From Raja brachyura (Eukaryota): a stretch of DNA of 64,000 bases. The notes below the pieces were generated by a model. It ran no database searches and was not told where the DNA came from. It was given only the letters and a program-made list of their open reading frames with translations. The stretch spans positions 69,440,001 through 69,504,000 of the forward strand of contig OY740787.1 in assembly GCA_963514005.1 (NCBI GenBank). Direction: 5' to 3'. The position numbers were made by a program, and so were the translations under genes. Positions 63,811-64,000 of the stretch are shown piece by piece (the stretch's first letter is position 1; the number at the start of each line of letters is the position of its first letter).

Positions 63811-63869
63811 CTTATCAATTGTTTGATACGTCGGGTTTAAATACTTAGGTGGAGATTCTATCTTGCAAA

Positions 63870-63960
63870 AGATAGACACAAAATATTGGAGTAACTCAGC
63901 GGGTCAGACAGCATCACTCGAGAAAAGGAATAGGTGACGTTTCGGGTCGAGACCCTTCTT
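63870..63960 (-). mobile_element. Penelope-type terminal repeat copy truncated at the CUGA of the hammerhead
   Basis: GATAGACACAAAA...GGTGACGTTTCGGGTCGAGACCCTTCTT. Confidence 0.75.
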
Positions 63961-64000
63961 ACAATCTCCGTTAAAAACAAATTGTAAGTCGCTGTCAATT

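Overview
Eukaryotic, vertebrate DNA: the 3' (anterior) half of a HoxD cluster from a cartilaginous fish, probably a skate or ray. That assignment is inferred from intact HoxD5 and HoxD2 plus chondrichthyan-type repeats. All genes are two-coding-exon genes on the + strand, in the order HoxD8, HoxD5, miR-10b, HoxD4, HoxD3, HoxD2, HoxD1, followed by about 10 kb of repeat-richer flank. The ORF track misses HoxD5 exon 2, and most of its other short ORFs are spurious. Recognisable cis-elements include four DR5 retinoic-acid response elements, a recurring CCAAT+E-box promoter module and the Hox4 intron HB-1 element. The most notable observations are: (1) an apparent decayed HoxD7 gene (promoter, 5'UTR, AAG in place of ATG, exon-1 peptide remnants and a ghost homeobox) directly after HoxD8, with a much weaker candidate HoxD6 ghost; (2) a Penelope-type short repeat family carrying a minimal hammerhead-ribozyme core, with the copy inside the HoxD3 intron lacking part of the catalytic core; (3) a near-perfect HoxB8-type miR-196 site in the HoxD8 3'UTR; (4) a Hoxa1-like DR5 RARE 3' of HoxD1. 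All homology statements come from recalled family knowledge and by-eye comparison; no searches were run.
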